NCBI GenBank assembly: GCA_008632985.1
Contig: QPGO01000016.1
Location: forward strand, 592,840-656,839
From: Psammoneis japonica
Taxonomy: Eukaryota
DNA length: 64,000 nucleotides
Reading direction: 5' to 3'
The notes under the pieces were generated by a model, which searched no databases, had not been told where the DNA came from, and saw only the letters and a program-made list of their open reading frames with translations. Shown piece after piece: positions 50,582 through 63,355 of this stretch. The translations under genes were made by a program, and so were the position numbers. Position 1 is the first letter of the stretch. Each line of letters opens with the position of its first letter.

Positions 50582-53500
50582 TTTCCTGGATCGCCCAGCC
50601 TTTTCAATGACCTTTTTGACATTTCCCATTTTGTTCTTCATGTGGTTCAACATGCCTTCGACGTGTCCCTCCTGAGTGGTAGAGCCTTCGGGGATTGTTC
50701 TCAGAAGTTCTGCGAGATTTCGCATCTCTCGCCCAGCTGCTCGAAAACAGTTCTTCCAGCTTCGGCTGCATCATCGCACACTGTTGCAATGCCGTTTGCA
50801 ATGGTGACGCATGCGCCAACGATGGCCAACACAGTTGCCACTTCCATGGTGGTGCTTTTGAAACGCCGAAGAAATGCCAGGAAGATGATGAAGATGCAGA
50901 TGGACTGCCGGCAGATGCGGCTCGCATCGGCTTTTTTTTTTTACAGTTCAGTTGCTTCACTCTAGAATCCTGCGTGATTTTCTCATTTTTCGACTGAAAT
51001 CAGTGATTTTCCACAGACAATGAAAATCTCCGCCCGCTCACTTTCTGCGTGACCAGGTGCAGCCCAAATTTGCGCAGCTTCAGCAAAGTTTTTACAGACT
51101 TCTCGGAAAAACGTCAAAAAGCTCGTCTGCGCCGTTTCGCAAAAAAAAAAAGAAAATCGTCGAAGACACGTGCAACATCACCTCACAAACGAGACAAAAC
51201 AGCACTTCATCTGCACCGCTGCTGTGAACAACGACACCATCATAAGTCCGCAACCACCATCCACACTTGTGATGTGGGATCCTTCTTTTGAGGAAATCAG
51301 CTTCACACTCACGAAGAAAAGTGTGGATTTTTGTGCACTTTGTTGACATGAAAACACTGGCATGCAAACAAATCGATTGCCTTGTTGTCAGCCAGTGCAC
51401 CGCTTCACTTGTCATTTGCACTAAACCTGTTTTTTGTTGTGTGGAAAGTCCACACACAAGTGCTCAAAGTGCCTCCAAAGAAAAAAAAGCAAGTGCACTG
51501 GCAATCTGACTGAAGCAAAGAGGGGCAGAGTGTGAAGAGAACAAGAAAGTGAGAGGCAGCTGCTTTCAAGAAACGCGAGGCCGGGCCCACATCTTGTTGG
51601 ACAAGCAAAACCAGTTGGCAACATTCCTTTTCACATGACAATGTGATTGACTTGCCTGTGTCCTCTGTTTGCAGCTGGCATTTGACTGACTGGGTGTGTC
51701 ACAAAAGGAAGAGGGCAAGACACAAACATCTCAAACCTCTCGGCACAGCCAGGGCTTGTGTGCCATTCTGCACTTGTGCACACTGGGCTTCTTTGACAAC
51801 AAAGAGCCAAGCTCAAATTTCTCACATGCATTTGTTGCAAAGGCCACTTCTTTTTGCTGGCCACTGACTCAGCACAGTTTGACAAAGTTGCTGACATTGT
51901 CAGAGAAAGTGTTCTCTTTGTCCAAGACAGTTTGTGCTGGCACAAGCATGCGACCACAAAACAGGAAGATCTGAGCTCCAACCCACCGGCAAGTGAGCTG
52001 CAAGGATGGGGGAGGAAAGATTGGGTGTCAGGTGTGCAGATTGTGCACTGCTGACATGACCAGCAGTGTGGCAGAGCTGAGCAGCACACAGCCAACAAAG
52101 ACACTCCTGCCAAGTTCAAAGCAAGGCTGCAAAAAGTTTCACAGCACACAGTGCAAGTCTCTCCTCACTCAGAGAAGCAGTGTGCACTTGTTGCCAAAAC
52201 AAGGCAAGCTCCAGCTGAGAGTTGTTTTCTTGCTGGTGTGCCAAACATTGAGCTGTGCACTCACTGAAGCTGATGCAGCCCAAGAGCCCCCCCTCCTCTC
52301 ACATGGAGGGCAACAGGTGTGCCCAAACCCCTGGGGTGAATCTGCACAGGAAACATTGGTTTCAGCATTTTCTCCAGCAGCATTGTTTTGGCACACTTGG
52401 TGCTGTGTGTCACCTGAAAGAGAGAGGCCACACCAACAAGCCAGAAAGAGCCACACATTGAAGAGAACTTTGCACTGGGTGCATTGTGTGCTTGACAAAG
52501 TGCCCTTGATTGGCACTGAAAAGCAGCCATCTGTGGCAATGCAAAGCATCTCATGGCTTGTGGATGAGCTGTCCTTCTGATTTTTGATGCTGTCACAATG
52601 AGTGCCTCCAAGTCATTGTTGTTGACACTGTTTTTGTGCTTGCTCATTTGATCTTGCTCTTTTTTGTTCTCACTCTTGTTGTTCTCACTTTTGTTGCTCT
52701 TGTTGTTCTTTTTGTTGTTGTTCTCAATGTGATTCTCAATGTTGTTCTTGTTGAAAGAATTGTTGTCAACCCACCAAGTCCCTGACAATGTGACACTCTG
52801 CCTGTGCACAAAGTTCACTTCTGAGTGAGCCAACCTGCAGTCAACTTCCGATGAAAACAAAGAAAAGATCCAGCACTGTCAACAGGGCATGGCAGAGCCT
52901 TTTTCAATGCAATGCCAGAGGATTTGTTGACGCGCCTCTGCTTTCAAGCTGACAAAAAGTGCACAAATCTGTGCCTTTCTTCACAAATTTGGAGCTGTCT
53001 TTCATGAACAACTCTTTGTGAGACTGGGCAGCAGAAGCAGAGTTGAGATGATGCCTGTTGTTAACAGCAGCAGTTTGTTTTATGTGTTGTGGTGTGATTT
53101 GTTGCAGTTTGGCACTCGACAACTGCTTTCTTGTGAAACATCACTGCTGGGCTTTTGGGCATTTTGTCAAAAGTCTGCAGCCTCACAGAAAGAAGTTGGC
53201 AATTTCTTTTCAAAAGATCCCAGTCAAAACAACATGGACAATGGTGTTTTGCCAATTTCAAAATGCTGAAGTGTCTGAGGCACTTTGCAGTGCACTCTCA
53301 ATGGAGCATCTTGCATCAAGGCATGAGACACAAGACCAAGACATGATGCATTCTGTCTTAGAGACAAAATCATGTTCCAAAAACAGAAAAGTGAAGTGGA
53401 GGCAAAAGCAGTTGGAGAGCAAAGAGCAGGTGGTGCGGAGCTCCAAGAAAAAGAAAGCTGCTGAAAAAGATGGGCTCCTTTGGACAGGGATGTGAGTGCA

Positions 53501-54339
53501 GCACAATGGTGACCTGCAAGCTTTGCAACACAGCTGGCAACATTGTCACATGTTTGCACTTAAAATGTGAAAGTTTGAGAGCTTGACAGTGCATGGGTGT
53601 GCCTCTCATTCTCATTTGCAACAAGCAGCTAGGAAAGCACATGCCCTGAACTGAGTTTGTGCTTGCAGCGGCTCTCACACAACATGGCAACACAATCTGG
53701 CTTTCACTCTTTTGCCCAAACAGGCAACATCTGCTGATGACAGTGACAACCAAACGACCAGAGATGCAGGCAGAAAACAAGAGTTTGCTCATCTTGCAAA
53801 CATTGGTGCATTTTCAGAGTGGCTGGAAACCAGTCATGTTTGTTTTCATTTTTCTGCAGCCACAAAACTTGTTGTGTTCTTGGGTGCTGGTTTTAAACTC
53901 TAACTGACACGGCCACTCCCACTGTCACTGCAAGACACTTGGTTGATTTTTGCACAGGAGGCTGCTGCAAGCTGCAACAAGATTGCTCCCACCAACCCTT
54001 GAGACATTGAATCCTTGTTTTGTTTGCATGACACAAGAACACCTCCCAGCAATCATGAGACACACAATCAGACAAGAGCAGCACATTGCTCCGAGGTGCA
54101 CGGCACAGCTGATGACACATTTGGCATCACCCCTCACTGATGCAATGTGCCACACTCCTCCACCACAACAACCTTTTGCTGGATGGCACTTGAATGGAGC
54201 AGCCTCTGGGGAGGACTCTCAACACAACCTGCAGCTGCCTGCTTCCTTTTGTTCATCATCCCCAGGGTGTCAACATTCTGCGCATGGGAAACGAGGGGGG
54301 TGTCACTCTTCTTTTGAACAAAGAGAGACAAAAACACAG

Positions 54340-55200
54340 CTAAGGATGGAAGCTGGAAGCTGGCAACAACTCCACTGTATCCCTCAACACGGAAGAAGGT
54401 GAGGCAGGGCAAGAGAAAAAGGCGAGAAAGGCCTTGTGCTCCTCCTCTCACCCCACAACCCTCACAATCTTGCCTCGTTTTTTGGCACGTTCAAGCACAT
54501 ATTCCACCGCCCATGGGCGGCTTGGAAGAAGTCTTTTGTCTTTTTGCATCTGACAACTCTTTGGTTTACATGTCCACAGACGCCAGCAACAGAATCAATG
54601 GGAATGCGTGTACAAGACCGCAGCTCATCTCGACAGAAATCATTGGCAGCTGCAGCTAGCGTTTTTCGCATTCCACGGTCTGAAGACTTCTGCTGCTGTC
54701 TGTGGTATTGCCGATTGCCGACCCTGTATCAGAAATTAGTTTCGTGGTACGAAAGGTGTTTATCTAACACAACGAATCAAAGAAGAATAGATCAATTGGC
54801 CATGGAAAGAAAAAGAAAACTAATTCAAGGAGTAATGACTGTAATTCAACGGAAGGTTCCCATTTGAGGTTGACAACTTGCTGGTGCGGATTGCATACCA
54901 TCGTTTCTGAAAAGACGCAGCAATGCAACTGACTTTCCTCAGCAGGCACATTTTGTGCATGGATGTGACCTCTACCGGTAGAGTCGAATCCAATTCTCTT
55001 AACTCTTTGCCCTTTTATACCTGCGTTCCGCAGCTGCGCACTATGCGAGACGATCCAGCATCCATGCCATACATTACAAATTGTGGGCACTCGTATTGCT
55101 ATACGTGCTTATGGAATGCCGTCTTGGGTAATCCGCGTTTCAAATGCCGAGAATTTGGACAAGTGGTGCGGAGTAGCAACCCTTTTGTCCCAATACGCAC
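54340..55200 (+). pseudogene. PEX2-like peroxin fragment (Pex2/Pex12 region plus RING)
   Basis: QTPATESMGM-like N-region and C-terminal PASMPYITNCGHSYCYTCL...FKC RING. Stops and frameshifts present and the first CxxC is missing. Confidence 0.5.
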
Positions 55201-55424
55201 ACCAACAGAGTATAGGAAAAGGGTCATGATCAATAGAGCGGAAAAGATACATACGTCGAGACAATTGTTTTGTTCGACGTGGCTCAGCCCTGTCGGATAT
55301 ATCACAAAAAGTCTGTTTACGCTAACCCACAGCGTGTGATGTCTACGGTACCAGCAGTGCTTCAAAATTATGGGATAAGAAAGGATGAAACAGTGTCTTC
55401 GAACCGCGAGGTCCAGCCGCCCCT

Positions 55425-56772
55425 CTACGGATTTGGATTGCTCTTGCCCTTTGGACAGTTTTCGCCGTTTGCGTTCCCAAGATACTCACTAGCGCCTCGA
55501 CCATTTCTATCTCGAGACCCGCCTTTTGGAATAATTGTCATGGACAACAAACTATCACCCTTGACAGCACTGCCGTTTCCTAGTGCTACTTTGCTGCCAG
55601 TATCTCCGTCTTCATTCAGAACTTTGCCAAACAAGTAGCCCGATTCGTCGCAGCGATATCTCTTGGACTTCCGACTCAAGGGATTGCCACAATCAAACAT
55701 GGAAACGTAATCGTCAAAGCCTTCAGGGGGGAGGAAATCACCTTCTTTAACTCCAGGTGCACCGCTATCAAAGCCTTGCGATAATACCATCATATCACCT
55801 TCTTTTCCATACACAGCAGGAAAGACACTGTGTGTTGAGTTATCGTTTCCCGTACCATTCCAGTCTCTGATAGGATCCTTCGTATCAGCACCTTTAAAGA
55901 CGGATAGAAACATCCATGCAGGGTGTTCCCGGCTTTCCCACGGACTCAATACGAACGACAGAGACGTCGAGCCACTCAGTTCATCTGTTCCCGCTTCCTT
56001 ATAGAATATCGATTGTGCCAAGTCTCTACCGCCACCCCCCGTCTTTTTTCCAAGTTGACCGCCTTCGCCAAACTTCTCACAAAAAACGTTCTTCGTTCCA
56101 ATAAGCTTTTCTTTAGGAGCACAAAGCTTGCAGTCAAGATATGTCGAACAAGCGTTTCCATTTCCCGACTTGTAGCATTCACCCGCACGAGTCCATCCAC
56201 TAGAATCGTTTATTTCCAAAGGCAAAAAGTCGTCAGTTCGATGCAGAACCAAGAGAAGCAAATCTCCAGCCTGCGTGCCCTCCGGAATTTTGATTTTTGC
56301 CTTGTACACGTCTGAACCCGTCACGTACGAACTTGTGGTTCCAACGTGCCGGATCTTCTCAACGTGTTCTACCGGGGTGCTATGAGGCTTTCCCTTGCTG
56401 AAACCAGGCATATTTTCAGGAAGAATGCAGAAGTCTCTCCAACCATTGCCAGAGCCGACGCATCCAGGAACATATTTTTGGGTACGATAAAAGCACCTGA
56501 AGATAGAGGAAAAAGAAGATTAATTTATGTGAGCAGATTTCGTTGTAGAAGACCAAGGGACATGATGGTCCCCTTTGCAATTATTGAAAGTGAAAAAAGT
56601 ACCTGAGTGGTGGCTCACAATCCTTGTCCGTATCACAGTCGCCCTCGCAAACGCCGAATTTTTCTCTCGACGGATTTCTCCATCGAAGCCGCGGCTGTGC
56701 ATGAGCGAGTGGTGGAATAAGAACAGCCCAGCTCAGCACGGAGGAGAACGAAATGACCCCGACAGCAAACAT
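55425..56772 (-). CDS. Secreted protein with a frustulin-type acidic Cys-rich (ACR) domain plus an uncharacterised C-terminal domain, 2 exons
   Basis: Signal MFAVGV...AHA-Q; GVCEGDCDTDKDC..L|RCFYR...VPGC.G....DFC spans intron 56497-56602 and is in frame with ORF 55425-56411. Confidence 0.75.
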
Positions 56773-57279
56773 TCTGGTTTCCGGTTCGGTTGCAAAATTG
56801 GAGAGCACAAATGTGACAAAATGAATATGATGTACGACAGGTGCTCTGTAAAGCTGAAAGTCAAAAGCACCGGTTCCGCTACAATCAGCAACTTCGACGG
56901 TCGATTGCGCCTCGCTTCCCTCGTTCTTGTTGGGCGAATATACGGCCAACCGTTCAACCACGAATCAATTCAGTTCAGAAAATGTCCGTAGGACCATTCG
57001 CTTACGATATTTTAGATGAAATCAGAAGACACAACCAGTGAATCAACAACTTTCATAAGTGTTTCAACCACCACATCGGTCTATGATCCCCAAAAAATGT
57101 GACTGCGCAGGGCGCTTCATTTTCGAGTTTTTGTCGAATACCCAAATGTCCGAAAGGCAATACAAAAAAGAAACTTTCTGATAATGTAGGGCCCTAACCG
57201 GGGTGATCAGTCCCGCTTGCGTGGTTCATTCACCGCGTCAAAAAATGCCATGCGACGACAGCACACCGACGTCAATGAC

Positions 57280-60200
57280 TTTTGCTAGTGAGCATGCTCG
57301 TTGCATTTAAAACTCGCATTTGCGCTTCATCTGCATGCTGGCAGTCTAATTCATGCATGGATCAGATGGCACCAAAACAATGCGCGATGCACGATGCACA
57401 TTCAGGAAAGCGACAAAGCCTCGGAGCATGCCGTCTCTTGTTTTTTTGCGTCATTGGGCCAACACTTCCAGCTTGCAAACTCTTGCACAAAAGCTCCAGA
57501 GTGTGCACAACAATGTTGCAACAGTGACACTAATGAACATCAAATTAAAATGGGTGTCATGGGCATGGAGGACCTCATCAACAAGATCTGTGACAGTGCA
57601 CTGGTTCCCAGCAACCAAGAACCAAGTGCAAACCCACACCAAGGACAAGGCAAGGAATGGAGCCACCTGGAAGTCAACAAATGGGGCGATCAAAGAGCAA
57701 ACAATGGCGTGGCTGCAGCAGTTCTCCTCACAAAAAAGAATGGCTGCAATTGAGAGACCCCAAGCCTGGCAGTCGGTGCCAACAATCTGAAATCATGCCG
57801 CCCAAGGTGGGCAGCAGCACACCACAAAGAGCGTGCGACACATTTCTCTCTGAAGCATTGAATGACATTTTCTCTGGCCTGGTTGAAGTTGCTTGCCACC
57901 TGCTGTGTTGAAATGGTGCTTGCTGGCTGACATGAGCAAAAGAGCATGTGGCACACATTTGTTCTGGCATCAAGCTGCTCTTCTTCTTCTTCTTCTGCAT
58001 GGAAAGCTCTCTCTGGTTGCTTTGACCTCACTCAAATGTTTTGTTGTTTGCCGCTTGCTCTTCTGCTCCCTCAATGATTTCTTCTTTGCCACCATGTTCT
58101 TGTTGCTTCTTGTTGTGTGTTGCTCCCTTGGCAAAGAACATTTTTTTGCTTCACATCTGTTTGAGCAATGCAATCTTCTTGTTGCTCGTTGCTTGCTTGT
58201 CATTTTGGATTTTTCAGGCATCAAGCTGCCACCCACCCCACCCACCCATGTCTCTCCACCACAAGGTTGACTTGCCAACACTGGCCAGCAACTCTGACAA
58301 ATTTGTCCACCATGTGAAGCTTGCCAGACACACAAAGCACATTGTCAATGTCATTGTTGGAGTGATTTTTGGGGTGCTTGATTTGATTAGTTGCCACTCT
58401 GTTGTGATGCAAAAATCCAGCTGCAACAGAGTGTGGGGCAGATGTGGGCAGGAAACTGTCACCTGCTGCCCACTCTTTGGGTTTTCACCTTCCTTGCTCA
58501 CAAAGCACCTCTGTGTGTGAGTGATGAAGATGACCAGATCAAAGAAAACAAGCAAGACAAGCAAACAAAACAAATGAGCAGCACAACTCAATCCTGCCAT
58601 TTCCACTCACCTGTGTGCAATGTTGCAGCACATTGTTTCTCATCCTTGGCTGTTTTTGTTAACTTGTCTGAGTTTCAAAAAATGAAGAAAGTGTGAAAGA
58701 ATCAGCTCACTGAATGCTGTGCAAGCTGCCTGCTCCCATGCCACACTTCTGACCTCCTGTTGCCATTCCCATGGCTTTTCTTTGTCAATGTGCACAGAGT
58801 TCTGGGTTTTGTCAGTGCCTTCCTGAAATGTTGTCATTGTTTGTGTGCTGCTTGGATGCATCCTGTTTTTTTGTGTTGTTTTTGTTTGTGGTGGTGGTGT
58901 GCCTTCTTTTTGCCGCTGTGCCAAGCCACCAAGCCAGTCAGCCTGGTGATCAGTGCTTGCATCATTTTGCAGATGGTCAATGTTTTGAAAAGCTTTTTGT
59001 CATGCTCATCTTGAAGTTTTAAGCTGTTTGAATCAACTCAATCAAATGAATCATTTTGTTGGTCTTCACCGCCAATGCATTTTGGTTGTGAGCCCTTGTT
59101 TGTTTGGCAGCTGGGTGTTGTCAAACATTGCTTCAATTGGGTTCAGTGCATCTGTTTTCAAAGAAGATTGATGTCTCAGTTTTTTTCATCTCAAGGCAAC
59201 CAGCTCTTGTCAAGAATGAAATTTTCACATCATTTCTGGTCCACACAGTTTGTTTGTTTGTGTCTGTGGGCCTGCTGTTGCAGCTGATCTTTGCAACCCC
59301 CATCATGGTTGAAACTTGCAGGCTTGAGGTCAGAAGAGGTTGTGGAGTTGGTTGTGCAGGTGGTCATGGATGGAGAGAGGAAGCTGGTTGAGCACAAGGT
59401 TGACTTGGTCAGCACAGCAGCAGTGCTGGATGTGTGCCTGCAAATGGCCAGATCAGCAGCCCCAGCCCCCAGAGACACAGGGGCACTGCAGCTGCAGCAC
59501 CTCCTGCCAATGTTCCCCCTCCCTGATGAGTGGTTGCCCACACCAGTGCAGTCATGTGCTGTTGAGGCCCCATGTTGCCTTGTCACCAGCAGGTCAGTGC
59601 AGACATCAACTTCCTAACTTCAGAGTGAAAAGACCCCATCGTGGCACACCAACCAACCTGACAACTGCAAGCTGTGAGGTTCCCAACAGCAGCAGAGCCA
59701 AGTTTCCAAAAATTGCAATGTGCAAGTGCCCCTGACAGCACCAATGAACCTGATGAGACAGCAAGCTGACGGCATTGGTGGTGTTTGGTGGACCCCAGGT
59801 GAGACTTTGAGAGCTGCGGTTGGGCACTGCAAGGTTGATCTTGGGGTGTTGTGGCCCCATGTCACCTTGTCCCCAACACAGCAACAGGTGACAGACTTGA
59901 CTTTCTCAACTCTGGAGTGCAAGGATCCCATGACAGTGGGTGTGGGTCAGAATTGTGAAATTGAGCTTTGTCAGTTGCTTGCACGTTGTGCAACAGAGTG
60001 CAATGTGCAAGCATGGGCCAAAACAAAATCACAAAATCAAGTCATGTCAGCCCTGACAACTTGGCACCCCAAAAAGTGTTTGCAACACATTTGTTGTCAA
60101 GCAACCACTTTAAAGTGGTGTTGAATTAAGTGAAAATTTGCCCTTGCTGCAGTCTGGGTTGATGTTGGAATTTGCCAAACTGCAGTTCAATGATGTGGTT

Positions 60201-62830
60201 GAACCAGTTGTTGATGAGCATTTGTGGCAACATGAAGCATGAACAATGACAGGGATTGAATGAAACATGGCCACTGCAGGGACTGCTTGACTTTGTGAAT
60301 TGGGCTCTGGAGAGTGCAAGTTGATGCTGGGCAGAAGGAAGGATTCAAGTTTGCAACTGCATTGTCTGTCAAAGGGGGCAGGTTCAATGAGAAGCTGATT
60401 TTGAAAGGAGATTTTTTCATTGTTGCAAGACATGTGACAAGGACACAGTGGGTTGCAACAGAGGTGTGTTGTTGTCACACAATCAGTGGGTCAGCAGCTG
60501 AGTCTTTTGGCATCCCATGCAACAAAGAGATAAATGCAGCAGAAACAATGAAGAAAGAAAGGAAGCAATGGGGGGCAATTGAGCTGAAGCTCTTCCAAAC
60601 AAATGAGTCAACTTCAAACAAAGTGCTGGGCCAGCCACAGAACAACACATTTCAGGTCCATGACCATTGGAAAGGTCAGCTGCCAAAATGATGACTTTGG
60701 CAATGCCAGATTTGTGAGCAGTTGCAGTGACCACCTCCTCCTGGTTGATTCTGAAAAAAAATTGTGACACCTGTGCAGAGTGTGGTCACAGGTGCAAAAT
60801 TTTTGTTTCTTGTCAATTGACTTTCTTGTCAAGCACAAGAAGAAAACATGTTGCAGATGTCAGAGCACCCTCAACAAGAAAATTACAGAACAAAAGAAAA
60901 AAGCACTAAAGGGCCAGGAAAAAAGAACATGGTGGGTGGCTGCTGCACCCATTTGGAAAATGAAAAATGTGTGCCCACCTGGAAGACAAAAAACACAAGT
61001 GTTGTGTGTGGCTCATTGGGGGGTGCAGTGCCGCGCACCGACAAAACAAAGCACACAACTCAGCACAAGCAATCCAACAAAACAGAGGGAAAAAATGGTT
61101 GGAGAAGCACCTCTGCAGTTGAGAGAAAAAACATGAGAAACAAGTGCTCCAAAGTTTTTGTAACAGGAGCACACCAGCACAAAAGCTGCAAAAATGTGCA
61201 GCCAGCAACAAGCTGCTTGTTGGAAAAGCTGGGTTGGCCACCACCATGGCATGGAAGAAAAGAAAAAAGGAAAAAGACAAGAAAAGATCTTTGAGTGTGC
61301 ACTTTGGGGCAGCTGGCTGAGTGGGGATGCCAACAGCTGTTTTTCAAAAGGCTTGACTCACCACACAGATCTGCACTGAGAATTTGGGAGACTCAGTGTG
61401 GGCCCAACTTCTTGCCAGATTAAAAACAGCCCTTGGACAAAAACTGCAGCAGAAGAAATCCCAAGTGGTTGCCGCACCCAGCCACTTCCCCACCAACATG
61501 TCTGAGCATGCCTGGCAAGAACAAAAGCCCAAGTGTGTTGTGCCCCTTTGCATTTTGTGTTGCCAAGTCCAGCGCATCAGGCAAAATGGCTTCTGCTGTT
61601 GGGCGGCAATGGCAGCAGGGCAATGAGACGGGGCTGTTCTTTTGCCCTGGAGAGAAAAAGCACTGCAAGCTCTGGGCAGTTTTTGCTCGTCATTTCCCTG
61701 CTTCAGGTGTGAGGGAAACTGCCATCAATGCAATGAGTTTGTGGAAAATTCTGATGAGGTGTTGCACAATCTTTTTGCTCAGCTTTGCACCCACCCAACA
61801 AAAAAAGGCTTTTCTCCTTTTTTGCATGCCAGGCAGCACGCAAAGAGAGTGCAACAAAGCCCAACTCTCAGAGAATTTTTAACAAGATGATGTGCAATGC
61901 AGGTGAGCCAAGATGTCAAGCCCCTGACAAACAAAAGACTCTTTTTCACAGGGGTGCGACATGTGGCACATCACCTGCACACAACAAAAAGGAGCGCATG
62001 GCTGATTTGACACAACACAACAACACAGAGATGGGCCAAAAGTTTTCACACAAGCTGTCAAACAAAAAAAGCCCCTTTCCCTGCTTCCCATCTTCTCAGC
62101 AACTGTGCTGGTGGGAAACAAGCCCCTCAGGAAGGGGCTGACCATGTGGCTGGTCAGCAAGCATGCAAAAGATGAGAAATGCGCAGGAATGAGGATGGAC
62201 GATCACTGCACGTGCTGACACCATTGCCAAATGTGGTGCTCGCACACATGAAAGATGGCCCACCATCATGGCAGACAGTGCAAAGCTCCATTCTTTCTGC
62301 AGCGGAGCCATTGCATGAGGTCCTGCCCCCCCAGAAATTCACAAATGTGTCGATGCTGAAATTGCCGTGCCTTGTCACATGTGAACTCTGGCCACAATCC
62401 GGGTTTCACACAGTCAACTCTTTTGCACCCTTGCAACCAAACTCAAAGCAACTCACCGACCCACCCACTCACCCACCCACTCTCGTGCACTCACCAGCCA
62501 TGCACTGACTCACAAGCGGGGCTTTGGCATGCCTTGGCTGGGGGGTGGCCAGTGGTCCCAGGCTGCTGCTGCTGTGCCCACCTCCCTTCGGATGTCATGC
62601 CCAACAGGAACAAGAAAATCCCAGGTGTGTGTGTCACACACATGTCAAAAACACCAGTCATTCACACATGTTTTCATGTCGTGTTTCCCGCCAATTTTGG
62701 TGCGTTTTTACGATTAGACCCGCGTTTTGCGCGGGAACCAACAACATGTGTGTCACACCACGAGACGCAGTGTCGTGCAAATGTCTTCCGTTCAGCTCGT
62801 GCATGTCTGACTCGCGCGTTTTTTTCGGTC
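57280..62830. other. TpA/CpG-depleted (hypermutated) block 4, unidentified repeat relic
   Basis: TpA is nearly absent and CpG survives mainly at the edges. Only broken, Tyr-free ORFs remain. Confidence 0.85.
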
Positions 62831-63355
62831 ACATCGTCTCCGCCACAGATATCTTTTATCTTTATGTATGGACATTGGTCATTGACACTCTAAAAGATAC
62901 CTTTGTGGAGTCTGCTATGCAGTTTTGTGTAGAGGACACGTCGCACATTACCAAACCCGGAACCACAACGGAAGTGCGCGCCTTTTTCACAAAGTTGGGA
63001 CGAATTAAATATATATTTAGACCTGAAGTTTGTATTGATTTTCGAAACGATTTGGATGCGATAGTCAAATCTAACTATTATTTAAAAGTCACAATTTTTC
63101 ACACTTTCAAAAATTATCTTCACTAAAATGAATGAATATATAAGATTAGTGTCCTTAAGTGGAAATTTTGGTCTCGAACGGACGGGAACTCCGCTGGCCG
63201 GCCGTCTCGTCCCATGAATTTTTGTGCTCGCGCCAATTTTGTGCTACTTTACACGTAGAAATTGTACGCAATCTCGGCAGTAGCGCATTTGTTTTTTTTC
63301 ACAAAATTTTTTGCGAACGCACTCGCAAAAGTGAGAAGGCTATCAATGTCAAACC

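Larger units (their letters stand above)
37300..54550. other. TpA- and CpG-depleted (hypermutated) block 3: nested TE and pseudogene relics
   Basis: About 27 TpA counted by eye in 37.4-47.95 kb, with CpG also nearly absent. TG/CA is pervasive and no long intact ORF survives. Confidence 0.9.

Noticed and set aside
52610..52770. TTG/TTC-rich tract giving an Asn/Lys-rich ORF
   Set aside because: Degenerate microsatellite within the hypermutated block, with no evidence of coding function.
37300..62830. Dense six-frame Cys/His-rich ORFs as real metal-binding proteins or a variant genetic code
   Set aside because: They are a by-product of TpA loss: TAA, TAG and Tyr codons vanish in all frames. 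Neighbouring genes use TAA/TAG stops and Tyr normally.
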